Made by a program: the position numbers and the translations under genes. This document shows positions 10,396 through 24,020 of a stretch of 64,000 nucleotides of DNA, one piece after another; position 1 is the first letter of the stretch; every line of letters begins with the position of its first letter. The stretch covers positions 11,632,728-11,696,727 of the forward strand of contig OZ316894.1 in assembly GCA_973895155.1 (NCBI GenBank), written 5' to 3'. Below the pieces are notes generated by a model, which saw only the letters and a list, made by a program, of their open reading frames with translations, was not told the origin of the DNA and searched no databases. This DNA comes from Marsupella aquatica (lineage: Eukaryota; Plantae; Marchantiophyta).

Positions 10396-13300
10396 GGAGG
10401 ATCCTTCCCCGAAACGGAAACAGGAGCAGAAAAGGAGCACGAGGATTTATCCCCGAATCACAATGGGAATAAAGGTAAACCAGCCCGCCTGTAATCACAT
10501 AATGTGATAATATATGGGATATAGTGCTCACTGATTTAAAAAATATATCTAGGTTTATTATAATATGAAACGATGTCAAATGCAGTATGTGTGCAGTTAC
10601 CGGACCCATAGACTAGCCTTAGCCTTTTCAAAGAAAGTAAATAGGGAGCGAGGACATTTGTAGAGATTCTCCCTCTCCTTATCCTCAATTTTCATTTGTA
10701 CTCCCAATTTCAGTTACACCCACTGATCTCTGGTCTAGAGGCTTCACTCTAGACAATAGATCTATGAGTCTTGGTTCATTCTAGATAAGAGCTTCATTCT
10801 AGATAAGAGACCCCCTCATATATATTTTCTATTGCCATTATATAGATGTATTGATTGATGCTTGAATGAAGCAAGTGCAGGGAAATACACTATAGTAATA
10901 GTATCTACTGCCACTTTATAGTTATATTGATGATATTGATTGATTGATGCTTGAATGAAGCAAGTGCAGAGGAATCGACTGTAATAATAATACTAAATGG
11001 ATCATCATGCATTGTTGTTGTTGTCGTGTGTGTGCATTTGCGAGAAAATGATGGATCACCATTTTTTTGGTTTTCTTGGAGTGAGTGTGTGTGTTGGGGA
11101 AGAGAGGGGAGGGGGGTAGGGGCGGCGGTGGGGGCAGGTCATAGACCCATCTTGTGACTATTCAGTAATCCGGGAAACAAGGCATGTTTAATCACTATTG
11201 TGAAGTTGGATCCATCTCATGACTATTCTCTAAATCCAAGAACAAAGGCATAAGAAATCACCATATTGAGAAGTAGTAAATACCCACTGGCCATATAAAA
11301 GCCAGAAATGCCAAACCCCACCCACCTCATTCAATCCCCTCTGCCTTTGAGACTGTAGTACCAATTACACCATCGTTTACAAGTAGGGTTACCTGTCCCC
11401 AAGAGGGGGTAATTAAATATAATCCTTGAAATGGTTACAGCACACTATCCCCAAGTGAGGATGAGTAGTTATGAAGCGTAATGCCCCCAAGTGAACTTTC
11501 TAGACATTCAGTTCACTTTTACATTGCAACTCTGTCTGCCTAGATGTTTTCACGTGTGTTCTCATTCAAATTTGAGAATCCCAGGGCCAGTCTGGCACAG
11601 GGATTCCATGGATTCAGAACCTTACACAAACTAACAACAGAAATTAGATGGGTTAACAATCTTACAATTTGAAATGTGATGGATCCAAGTTTTAGAGATA
11701 TATGGACAGTGGCCGTTTAACAAAGAGGATGGTACACCCCGTTACCATTCCAATTGCAGGCTAATATTGAATAACTGTAAATTTTGCCAAGCTGTTGATG
11801 CACCCAGAAAAGACCTAGTCAGTTGTTTCCTCTTGTCCTGCTAGAAAAAGGCAGCCTTCTGCTCCTATGCTAAGTTTGTACTCTTGTGAATTCTACTGTA
11901 GGTCACTTAGGGGAAAGCACCTAGGGGGGCTGAGCACAGTTTCACCTACTATCGTAGAAGTAATGACATTTGTGCATAAACAAATTAATTTAAAGAATTA
12001 TGGTGCCCTGTGCACAAAGTTGAAGATTCAGATACAACATCGAAAAACCCCTCTGGAAGAAACCTTTGGCACGGGAAATTATGTTGTCTTATAGTAGCTA
12101 CTGGAAAGTAGATTCAATTAGTTTTTTGAGTTGAAGACCACTAAATGCTCAAGTTGATGTCAATGTCAAGCAATAACTTACCCTGAACTTGAATGCAGGT
12201 GTACTCATTTGCTGTCAACTACTTTACATATCAGTACGGGTATAAGTATTTACAAACGGAAAATTAAAGGAAGTGCACTTGTCAAATATTTAATGCAGAT
12301 CACACAGAGTGCAAGGCCCAGATTTCTCACGTGATGATTAGTGCACATCAGATAACAAATCAACGATAGTATATGGTGTCCTGTTCCAAGTGTGCACATC
12401 AAATAACAGTAGCATAAGTTGTACTGTAATAAGTGGCAAGCTCTCATGTATTGAATGCATTTATCATCCCATGATAAACCTCAATATTTTTTGATTTGTT
12501 TCTATATCTCTAAGTATTGTTCTGTTTACATATTGAATTTTTCATACCATGATAGATCTACTGACACCCTTTTTGTACATCTCTTAACATTGCCCTTTTC
12601 ACATATTGAGTGGCTGCTACTTGGTGTGCAGTTATCATGACCCAATTTTTACTTGAGAATGTGCACTTAGAGAAAGGGGCACTTGTACAATAACAGCGAT
12701 TCTGCTATCTGGTGTCATTTATTACAGGACAGAAAAGGTGTCAATGATTGCTCAGTTTTGCTTGTGAGAGCCAGCAGCCCAGCACTGCCCTTTGACGGGA
12801 CCCTCCCGTATTGAAGATACGGCCATAATTATTTGTCTTTGGCACCGGACAAAGCGAAGGGTCACCTAACCCCAGTAATAACTGCAGCCTCCTCACTCTT
12901 TGCCGGAAGAATCAATGGGGCAGTCGCAAAGGCGATCGTCCTGTTTGTGTCACCTTGATAGCTGTAAATTGGTGTCTATTATGAATGGCAATTGTTTTCC
13001 TTATTGGCTATTTATCTCCCAAAAAAAGAAATTGAAACTTGGATGGACCTCCTCGTTTTGGGTCTTACAATATGCTGTAGCCCTCAGATGACTTGCAGCC
13101 AAACTCTCCTTTCTGTTGATATAGACATATTATAAAGATCAGTGAAATGTGACACAAAATTGTTACATTCTGAGAAATTTGTGGATGTCCCATTTCTCAA
13201 GTTCTTTCCAAGCTGTTTGTAAAGAACCCACAGAAAGCAGAATCCATTGGATATGGGAATGTCAAAGTTGGCTAAAGAAGGAAGTGAATGACTGAAGGTA

Positions 13301-14083
13301 AAAAGAGGTGTAACTGTCTGTGGGGGTTGCATGGCTCACATGGGAGCACAATTTCCCCAACACGTACACCCTGATTTGCTTTGGTGATTAATACCAAGGG
13401 AAAAATCTGAGAATTGAACAAAAAGTTGCCAAAATTGTTAGGTTTGTTAGATCCAGCTGGCCAGATGTGCGCACTTGATAGACTAAGACTCTCTGCCTAC
13501 CATTTTGAAGGCCAGATCCAGTTCACATTTTTTATTTGGTGTTAAATCTACGCTTGATCATGACTTCCTAAGTCAAGACACCAATTAAGAGAAACTATTT
13601 GTGAACCCAAACCAAGTGGCATGGATGAATGTGTCTTGCTTTGTGTTCTCATACAAGAGTAGGGTGTAGATTTAAAGCTTACTCAATTTTTGCAGTGGCT
13701 AGTGTGGTTTTTACTTTGGCTTGTACATTGTTAGGTTATGTCTCTTGTATACCCTAGTTGCTTCCATAATTCCTAGTTAAGCTTTAGCAAACTAGGATAA
13801 TTTCACTCTCTAGATGTCAAGGAGTAAGAGGATGAGCTTTAACACATTTGACTAGGGCTAATATAATAATTATGTATTGCTAGATTTCTCTGACTAGGGC
13901 GGATGTAATAGTTTTGTGTATTGCTAGATTTCTCTTTGCTAGATTTCTCTCACAACCATGGACATAATCCAAACAGTGACTTTATGCTGTCAATGTGTGT
14001 TAATGCTGTCTCATTCGCTCTAAATTATTTTCCAACATCCATGGGGCGTAGCCAAAAACTTACTCCCACTGGATTCCCAAAGA

Positions 14084-14443
14084 GGCAGGGGATAAATTTC
14101 TCAACGATTGAGTCCTTTGAATCAAGTACTGTAGCATGAATTCCATGGGGACTCTGAATAATAATTACAAAGTACCCCAGAATCTCGTTGGGGTGCAGCC
14201 ACTTTGGTATCACTCTGAAAAGCATAGCAAAAGCACTCTGGAAGGAATGAATGGGTTGAGATTGCAGGGGATAAATTTCTCACCGATTGAGCCCTTTAAA
14301 TCAAGTAGGTAGCATGAATTCCATGGGGACTCTGAATAATAATTACAAAGTACCCCAGCATCTCGTTGGGGTGCGGCCACTTTGGCATCACTCTGGACAG
14401 CTTAGAGAAAGCACTCTGGAAGGAATGAATGGGTTCAGATTTG
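14084..14443. repeat. Tandem duplication, 2 x 180 bp
   Basis: gcaggggataaatttctc starts at 14084 and 14264; the copies are highly similar. Confidence 0.9.
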
Positions 14444-16431
14444 CTCTCTCTATTGTGGAGCGAGAGCGTTTGTGAACAAACAGCACGATTCATGATGAAG
14501 GGATGTCATTTTCGAGATTGGTCGATCTTCTTAAGTCCTCAGTCCAGGCTAGAAATTCAGGTGCTCCGACAAGAGAATCATTGATTTCTCAGCGATGGAG
14601 CTCAGTCGATCAAGTCCGGAGCAGAGAGGAGTTTCACTAAGAATTACATTTCACAAATTGTCCGGAAGAATGGTTCCTCTGAGTCGGGGTGGATTCTGGC
14701 CAGCCTCTCATGTGCAATGTGCATGCTCAATGTGAAAAGCTGGACGATGGGAATAGGAATGCGCGCAACCTAAACCCTTCATCCAGATGGCTTCGACTCT
14801 GCAACTCAACCTGCCAAGTCGAATGCAATCGAACCCAGCCCAACCTGCCACATTCAGTATAAATCTGCCCCAAAATTCCCCATGGTCTTGAGCAGAGCGA
14901 GCTGAGGCAGACCAGCCCACATAATTCGTATGCCTGCCATTCAAGGTGAAACTCAGCCTAATGATAAAGTAGATTTTTCCAGCGCTGGTTGACAGTTTGG
15001 TGCTGAGAAATTCTCGAACTTAGAATACAGTGGAGACTGATTTATGCTTTTTTGAAGCCTGTACTCGGTGGGGCTCAGCCTTTTTGCTTTTCTTGGGAGA
15101 CCCAGAGTCGTGCTGGGCCCGACCGCCAAAGCTCGAGGGGGCGGTAAGAGACGACTTTCTGTCGACAAGAACGACCGAGGTTTCTCGTGGGGACATTGAA
15201 CTACGTCTACGTACTGCACAGTACTGCAGAGTGAAACCAACCTGGAACACGGGTTCAAAGGTACACCCTGCCGAATGGTACGTGTGTGAAAGAGTGGCCG
15301 AGCGAACAGGTCGGGTTTTAGGCGGGTTCATCGTTGCAGCTGTGTGTAAAATGGTGCAGCCACGGCAGTCTTTAATTCTGATCGACGACGAGGCTATCAG
15401 GTCCCAAGTTGCCAACATCACCATTCCGTGCAGTAGTTTTATCTTCTATTTTTGTGCTGTGAGTGGATGGTTGTCGCTGGTGATCATTGGCAGCGGGATC
15501 GATGCTGACATGGGGAGCACCATTCTCGATGTTTTCCTTGGGCAAGAAAATGTTTGTTCTCTGGTGGCGGAAAGCGTCTCTAATTGCATGCCAGGAAATG
15601 AGGGAGGGGGGGGGGGGAAGGAGGAGAAGATTACTATATAGGGGGTGCTTGTTTCAATCTGGTCTGGAGGTGAGCATAATGGTGGAAAGTGAGGGATTGC
15701 ACGTACTTTGAGAAAATCAATACCTCCACTTTTTATGATCTCCCCTTCCTTAGTCATGCTGTTTTTGCGGGATCTGTTGATTTCTGGAAGCACAAATTTG
15801 ATTTTAAGTTGTGCCTCCGTTATCTTTGTGAGCTGTCCCAGCCGATCTTCCCGTCCCTAGTCAGTGCTGTTTTTGAGTGAAATGTGGAGCTGTACAAAGT
15901 TTGATTTTCAATTATTCTCCTCAGTATTCAGGCAACTGGATATGTATTTAATGAGATATTCGTTAGGTTTCAATGGAGAGTAAAATCATATTAGCTCGCA
16001 CATTGATAAAAGAAAGTGAACTTTTAATCAGTTCGCGTGCTTGTTCTGTCGAACATTGGCAACTGAACCCTACTCGGCATCCAAAGAAAGAATCACGGAG
16101 CAATGGCCCTCAACGTGAGCGCCCTTTTCACTCAGGAATCTCTTTACTGGAGTACTTCAAGAATCCAATCACGTGAGCGGCCCTTTTCTCAAAATATTGA
16201 TTCCAGAATTGAGTACTTCAAGAGTACAATGGCACTGCTTCAGGAAGGTCCTTAAATGGAAAAGAAACCACACAGGCTTCCTCAACCAAGCTGCCAAGCT
16301 ATCCTGAACCATATGAGAAACCAACCCGGTTCATTTGACTAGCAACAAACTATTCTTGCTAATTTAGATATAGAAGTAACTCCTACGAACAACTAATTCA
16401 TATTCCAACATGTTGGCAAACAAAGGGATTG

Positions 16432-19400
16432 CTAGTCGGAATGTGGGTCTAGGGTTTGCCCAAAAGTATCGCAATGGCGAAATACCTGCCTGCTCAAGCT
16501 TCCGAGTTGCAAGATTTCCAGGAACGTCTGGGGCACGGTAAGCAAGCCATGGGAATAGACAAACTTCAGACTACTTGAAGTTTGGTGTGGACTATCAGAC
16601 TCGTGACGCTTAATCATTATGTGCCAGTTCATCCATGCCGGAGAACTCTCAGCTCTGAATTGCTCGACCTCAGACCGCCTTAAGGTGCCCAAAAGACGCT
16701 TGCAATTGACAAATTCCAGGTGACTTAAGGTTTTGAGTTGCCTAAAAGAATTGGGCAACTTTCGCAAATGGTGGCAGTTCACGAATTCCAAGCGGCTTAA
16801 TGCTTTGAGCTGCCCGAAAGACTCGGGCAAGGTAAACAGGCCGCAATCTTCGAATCTCAGGTGACACAAGGTTTTGACTTGCCCGAAAGACTCGGGCAAG
16901 CTATACAAACTGTAGCAATTCTTGAGTTCCAGGTGGCTGACACCGTTGACTTGCTCCGCCAATCCATTTAAATCCTCGCTTTTGATCTCCGCCCTTTCAA
17001 CTTCCATCCAACGAATTTGTGACTCCCCAAATGCACAAATGACTGAAGTACCATGCCAACTCTCACATCTGGGCGGATTACAGACGATCTTAAGAACCTT
17101 AACTGCAGCGCTTGCCTGCATCAGCCCGCCATCCACAGATTAGCAGGCTCTTGAATAACATAACTTTGGAGTCAGGGAGTTTTCAACAATCGTGAGAATG
17201 TTTTCCAGTAAACTGCTCCATTATCGTTATAAAAGTTGTTCTCGTGAGCTCTACAATGGCCAGATTCTCAATTTCTTTAAACCACAGCTGCCACTGTAAA
17301 TGTGGTACTGCCCCTAACCAGACTCTCATCATTTGCTATGCTCCTCCCTCGGTGAACAGGGGACCTCCCCTCCTTTGCCACTCACTTCCTATCATAACAC
17401 CTCCCATCACAGCGTTTGGTGATTTCTTGAAATATATGAACAAGTTTTAGAAGTGGGTTTTGTGTAAAGTAGAGATCTACATTTTTTAGCTGTAGATTGT
17501 CCATCCTTAGTCTCTTTGATTTGCTTGGTGAGGAACTGAAGTGGAAATCTGGATCGACCGAGAACTTTGTTTGGCACTACAAATCGATCCAATTCTCACT
17601 ATGGAAGTAAGAATTCGGGAATTCTAATTGAGGCCTACCATTACAGGTACTTTATGAAGAACTACTCAAGAATTAAATTGTGGAGCACTCACGAGCCTAA
17701 CAACGCTTACTATCCAGTTCATGCAAGTTGTTCCTACTCGAGATGGGACAAAATAAAGAATGTCCGAAGAAGCCTTAAGGCCCACCAGTCTAGAAACGGG
17801 CATGGGACTCTGTGAATAGAAAAGACCCCAGCTAGGTTTAGTTTTTGAATAACTATGCCCAATGTTGCATCCCACATCTATTGACATGCCACTTCTTCCC
17901 AAGTTTCACGAATGGATAGAGGCTGAGATGGTACACACCCATTGGTGAGTGACACAAGCGAAACTCCAGGGTAAACAACTTCTTCATAATGTCTGGCATA
18001 AAGTCCTTGTAGTGTTAGTGCAGGTCGTTCTTGAACACAATTTGAGGCTTTCAGTTTGCGTCGTGCTAGATTCTTAATATTCGATTGTGATTCCTAGCTA
18101 GCACTGATCTGCTGACCAGGCACTTTCCTTCCTCTCAGCTCGTTTCCTTGATCCCTCTCGACCTGCTCAATTCCTACCGCTATTATGCCCTGCAGTGGCT
18201 GCATTAAATAGCATGATCTCCTCCCCTATGGCTTCCTCTTAGCTTTTCATTTAAAGCACTTGTAATAATAAGCTATTCACTTGAACATGCATCAATGTAT
18301 AAGACCTTGGCGATTACAAAAAAATGGTTGATTTGAAATCTTTTGCTTACTTTGTTGGGAAATCTTCGTTGAAGAGCACTTTGAAACTTGCATACAGGAG
18401 CGAATAAACACTTAGTCACCAATCCTGCTAGCTCATATCACCTTTCATAAGGTAATATTAGAAAAAGGTTCCGCACAAGGATTACCTGATAACGCCGAAA
18501 AAAATCTGGTCTGTTTTGTATATCGATACGAACTCGACTGCCGCCTGCTCTCTTGCGTCCCAAATCGCGCAAAGTCTCGTGCATTCGAATCAACTTTTCA
18601 TTCCCACGTATGTATGTCATTACCAAACCCTTGTCCAATAAATTCTCCCAACCGGAGTCAGCAGATGCCCAGCAGCAAACTCTCCATGCTCGTTTCGTTG
18701 ACTCCAATTCTTGACCATGAAAGCAAACCGCAATATCCAGAAACATCTCTTGCTCTGTTTCTGCGAGGGAGTCGTAACTCACCTCCAGAATCGACCACAA
18801 CCCATCTGTCTTGCTACCGTTCAGAGGCTGAGCTTTCCTCAATTTCTTAAGCGCATCATCCCACAATTCACCTTTTTTACGATTATACAAGTATCTCCCG
18901 GCTACTTTGAGGGCCAAAGGAAGGCCATCACATTTTAATATAATTTGCGAAACGCGATGTTTATAGTCACTGGGTGCCTTGGCCGTCCTGAAAGCATGTA
19001 GGCAGAATAATCTTCTGGCATCTTCATCATCCAGCTGTTCAGCAAAATGACATCCAAAGTTTGCTGGGATGAGGAATCCCTGGTCTCGAGATGTGACGAG
19101 AACACGACTTTCATCCGAGAAACCATCTGACTCGGTCATAATCGAAACCTGAGACTCGGAACTGGCATCATCCAGCACGATAAAAACATTCTTCCGCTTC
19201 AATTGACTCCAATTGAATTTGTTCTCCTGATCATCCACCTTCCTTCCTCTGTAATACATGTGACTTATTATTTTGTTTCGAAGGTCCTCTGGATGCTCCT
19301 CAAATCTCATTTTCGTTTTAACATCTGCTACAAAACAACAGTAGTCAAATTTGTAAGAAATGGAGTTATATATTCGCCATCGCTAAGGTCGTTTTGCCAA

Positions 19401-20901
19401 TTCCTCCCAGGCCAGCGATTCCCACCCGCGGTTGCCACTTAAGTATCTCGATAAATTTATTCACCGGCTCATCCAGACCAACGACTTCCTTAGGTAGATT
19501 AAAAAAAGGGACATGGCGAGCTTGATCCTGCGAATAAAGCCAGACGAGGGTACGTTATGCGTGTCTACACAACGCTACCTTTACTGAAGTTGCTTGAGTT
19601 CATACAGCAATCTGTGACATAAACATGTAAATGGTAGATTTTCGCGGACAGACCAGAATTGTCTCACAACTATATCTTCATTTTGTATACGGTGCCCACC
19701 ACGAACCAAGATGTCAGGATCAGAACTATGAGTCAGTCAAATAGCAGTACGAGACCTCTCGAGGTGTAGAGTCAGTTGTCGAGCTACGTGGCATTCTCAG
19801 GATGTCAAAGTCCTACCAGTAGCTTATGACATGAAACGACCTACGAGTTGGGTACCTCTTTCAAGATGTCAGCGACGAAATTGGATAGTGTATAAAAGCT
19901 GGAGCATTCTACAGAGTCGGGTCGACACACGTTGAAGTGGTCAGCACGAACTGTGTAAAACGAATCCACGTCATACCTCGCTGATGCTTCTTCCACAACC
20001 AAGCCAGCGAGTCGCTCCTACGGAGTCAAATTAAAGAAAGAAATTCAATTGACAAATTGGTAAACGTTTCGAAAATTTCAAAGCAAGGGCTCACATTAAT
20101 GTTTTCAAAACTGACGGATTGGGTAATTCATCAGGGTGCCCGGTGACAGCATGCAATAATGTGGGCCCTCTTGGGTGCAAGCAATTTGGATATCCTAAAT
20201 CCTACTCAACGCATTCAAATATTACAAATATATACTCACCAAAAAAAAAAAAAGTGCAAAAGCGACAGTTGCTCACCAAATATACTGGGATACTTTCTCC
20301 GATCCCATAAACTTTCCACTCATACTTCTTGTGCAAGTGACGAAACTCCTCGTTCCGCCGTGCTGTTTCAGTGTCAAGAGTGAAAAGACCTTCAAATAGT
20401 GGAGCCTTCCAGACCCGTTTTGCTGGAATCAATTAGCTTGGAGCCATAGTGGGGAGTTGCATAAAAAAATAGCCCTCTGATGCTGTTTAAGAGATTTTTC
20501 ACGGATTGGTCTGAACGCAGGCTGCAGATTGAATTGGCCTGAACACACAGCTGCTTCAGCACCAGCCCTCCAAGGCAATGGCCGACCAAAACCACCGGAC
20601 ATCCGTCTTGTCCGACGTTAGCTTCAGTTAAACATTGAAGGAGATTTTCTCTGGTAATGTACATATCGGTAATCCCCTGATCAACTGTTCTCCTAGCAGA
20701 GGCATCGTAGGAAATGGTGAGTATCCGGGCCTTAGGGTGTGCATCCACGATCCACTTCAACCAAACCTCAGACCCGTTTCTCGAGAGCCATGTGTTGATG
20801 TATGCCTTCTCGGACCCCTCCAGTTGGAAACCGTGACCAAAAACTAGCTCTATGGAAGGACGCCCCGACGGCTCAAACACCTCATACACACAATCATTAA
20901 G
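16432..20901 (-). pseudogene. alpha/beta-hydrolase-NB-ARC-LRR (HNL-type NLR) immune receptor, frameshifted
   Basis: Hydrolase exons ~20278-20901 (HGFQ, VLVGHCLGGLVLK, FYATPHYGS) and 19856-20017 (VVEEASAR..DHFNVCRP). NB-ARC exon 18486-19527 (GIAGLGGIGKTTLA, VFIVLDDA, SRVLVTSRD, CDGLPLALK, MHETLRDLG). LRR ORF 16432-17136 (LPESFGQL repeats). +1 frameshifts near 20420 and 19373. Confidence 0.88.
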
Positions 20902-21026
20902 CTGCAGCAAGAGACTGTCACCATTATTCATACAATGGTTTGATTCATCATCACTAGAGAGGAGTACAACAACGACGTAGTATTGAACATTCTTGTCCAC
21001 AGTACACATTCAAGACGAAACTGACT

Positions 21027-21343
21027 AGAGATGATTGAAAAGAGTCAAAACTGATTCACTCATCAGCGATCAAAACTATTCCTGTAGAACGAGATATAAC
21101 TTTCACAAAGACAAGTGAAACAATTATCATAGATATAAACATAGTAAAAAGCTGTCATACATTAGTGCTATTCACGTCCACACAGAGATGATTGAAAAGA
21201 GTCAAAGCTGATTCACTCATCAGCGATCAAAACTATTCCTGTAGAACGAGATACAACTTTCACAAAGTCAAGTGAAACAATTATCATAGATATAAACATA
21301 CTAAAAAGCTGTCATACATTAGAGCTATTCACGTCCACACAGA
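21027..21343. repeat. Tandem duplication, 2 x 157 bp
   Basis: agagatgattgaaaagagtcaaa starts at 21027 and 21184; near-identical copies. Confidence 0.9.
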
Positions 21344-22439
21344 AGACACAAAATTAATAAAGGAACGAGGGTATGATCTGGGTGTTTTGTGCTATCCACG
21401 GGTAGACTTACACCAGGCCTCCCAAACTATCCAAACATCCACAACGACCGACTCATTTCGGAATTCAGGAAACACTGGGGACTACCTTGCGAGGGGGCAT
21501 TTCCGGTTTCCATGACCGTCCCGTTTCTGGAAAGTTCGAAGAGGAGCCACAACGCAGAAACGCGAGTACTTCATTTCTGACCATTGATGGCGTAGGTCTT
21601 TGCTTCACTTCACTCGCATCCTGCTTCTCGACTGCCTTCCACACCACCGAAATCTGCCGGCTCGTCGAAATTGGTACCAACTGGATTGGGATCAGACGGA
21701 CGACACCGAGAAAATCACAAGAGTAGCGATGGGCACAGACTTTTCCCGGAGCCAGGGCCTTCACCTTGCGCTACACGAGTCCTCCCAGTAGAAATCCTGG
21801 TTCGATAAAATCGCAGGCCATCCCTTGTCTAGCACGCCTAAAGTGGAAACAATTCAGATGGCCGCCAGCCAAAGCTTCTCTGGAAAGAGTCTGACCCAAA
21901 TCCTCGAGAAACAGAGAACATGTCTGAATCTGCAGTCAAAGATATCAATCGAAGCTATCAAGATGGCTACTAAAAGGAAACTCATTCTTAGTAGGGATAC
22001 TTTTCAAAGAGTGTAGGGTTTAGGCAATGTAGTAAATCTTCAATTCTAAGGAACAGATAAATTTCGGATGGAGTGCCTGAAAGTGCGGTAAATGCACTTT
22101 CTTGGGACCCACTTAGTTTCTGCTCTGCCCGGCTCCCAGCCCTTACTACACAGCTCTGCGTCCAAGAGGGCACCATGGAGTAACCTTGTCCCCTGTGAAT
22201 TAGAAATTGCCAGCCGATCCAACTCTCGTCTTTCGTTATGCCCTCGACTGTGCACCCGTCTTAACGTTGGCCCAGTTTTCCAAGAGCTCGACATTTCTTA
22301 CTGAAGCTGCTTCGACGTCACCCTGAGAGATTTTATCTAGACGAAAATCTATCACAGGATGATGCATGTGTAGGAGTGCGTTTTGGAGTGAGAATGTCTG
22401 AGCAATCCCTAGCTGGAGTTGTGATGAAGGTTCTTGAAT

Positions 22440-22520
22440 CATTTCTCATTCAAATTTCAGAATCAAATTTCAGATTCAAATTTCAGAATCAAATTCTATT
22501 TCTCATTCAAATTTCAGAAT
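22440..22520. repeat. 12-bp minisatellite (caaatttcagaa/t)
   Basis: ttcaaatttcagaatcaaatttcagattcaaatttcagaatcaaatt. Confidence 0.8.
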
Positions 22521-24020
22521 CTCTGGGCCAAGGCTGGCTCCAGGGTACCTTGGCTTCACCGGGAGTAATGTCTCATAACTTTGTACACACTTACAAAGGA
22601 TAAAATTCAGGAAGGGTTTACCGAACCTTCAATGTCCGGAATCTATTTTTAAACCATTTAGAAAAGGTAATAGTACACCCAAAGGATTCCAAACAACCAC
22701 TGCTACCAAGATCAATGGGGCAAAGAGGACCCTATGGGCCAAGGCACATGTCAACTAGGGGATTATAGAATCTTGCCAATTCAGTGGGTATAGAACCTAT
22801 AAATAAATCTGACTTGGTAAAATCCCGAGACACGCTTGAGCAACTGCACAATTTGTATATTAAATATTCTGTGGATGACGCTACTAAACCGGCTTCAATC
22901 TATATATCTTTTGCGAATCTGGTGGGCCAGGTTCAGAATGAAGTGATTGGAATTCCAACAGGAGATTGCATTACCCAGAGAACAAATCTGGTAACAAGGA
23001 GTTAGTGCACTTTCATCCTGAAAGCTCTTCATACGAGATTTCATTTTCTTTACCAGGACAAACCCCCCAACTTTCATGCTAGATTTCACTTCCTTTACCA
23101 AGAGACAAGTATTGGACAAATTTCAAATTGCCCTTGCAGAGCATGTGATGGGCGTTCTCTTCCCTACAGAAAACTACAAAGAGAAAAATCCTTGAAGGGG
23201 TTTCAGTTGGGCTAAGACCAGAAAACCACAAAATATAGTAAGAAATGTTGGACTGGACCCATGGACGTGTTTTATTCAGGCAAAAGTTTAGTTAGAGATG
23301 CACTTCGAAGAGCAATTGATGTGAAGAGGAGGGCGTTCTGTCGAACAGTACAATGAACTGTGCTCTCCAAAACCCAGAACAAGTATTTAAAACACGCAGG
23401 AATTTACAATATCTGTATATTTTACCCTATAATATCCGCCCAAAAACAGCAAGCACAACTGGTCGAATAGGAGGAAGAATGCATTGGTACACTGATATGT
23501 CCTCCCTTCAGTTTGTGCCCAAGCTTCAAAAGAGGCCTTCAAAATTCGTCAACGTTTGATTTTTGGTTTTGGAAATGTATTTTCCATATCGTGCTGCCAA
23601 CATGATGAAGTGCTACTCAAACATCTGGCTATCAAGCCGATGAATCTGGAAGAAAATGAGGAACACGGTCTGGTAGAATCTCTGATGTATCTAAGCCGTA
23701 AGTCTAGGACTAATACTCTGGGTATGAATGTAGACCATCGGTGAGTACCCATATAACCTTGTGTTGCTCAACCGTGTCTAGAACTATTTCGAGTGACCTG
23801 AGCTGGTTAGCTTATTTACAAGCAGTCAAAACATTTGCCAACCAGAGTCGAATGTACCCGAGCAACTCAAGGGAGGTGGTCAGGTTTCAAGCTCCGCAAA
23901 TCTCGGTTCCATTTTACGAAAGCGTAACTCGAACAATGTCGAAACGGCTGCCTGACTTCCAAAGATGGGCATATGCTTCTTCTGACGTTCTATCCAGTAG
24001 TCAACGCATAGTCTTTCAGA

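Noticed and set aside
9593-10609. Cluster of overlapping ORFs upstream of the BAHD gene
   Set aside because: GC-rich, microsatellite-laden probable 5' UTR/promoter; the translations are low-complexity with no motifs.
15030-15641. 203-aa plus-strand ORF
   Set aside because: No recognisable motif, ends in a G-run, and overlapping ORFs on both strands are equally uninformative.
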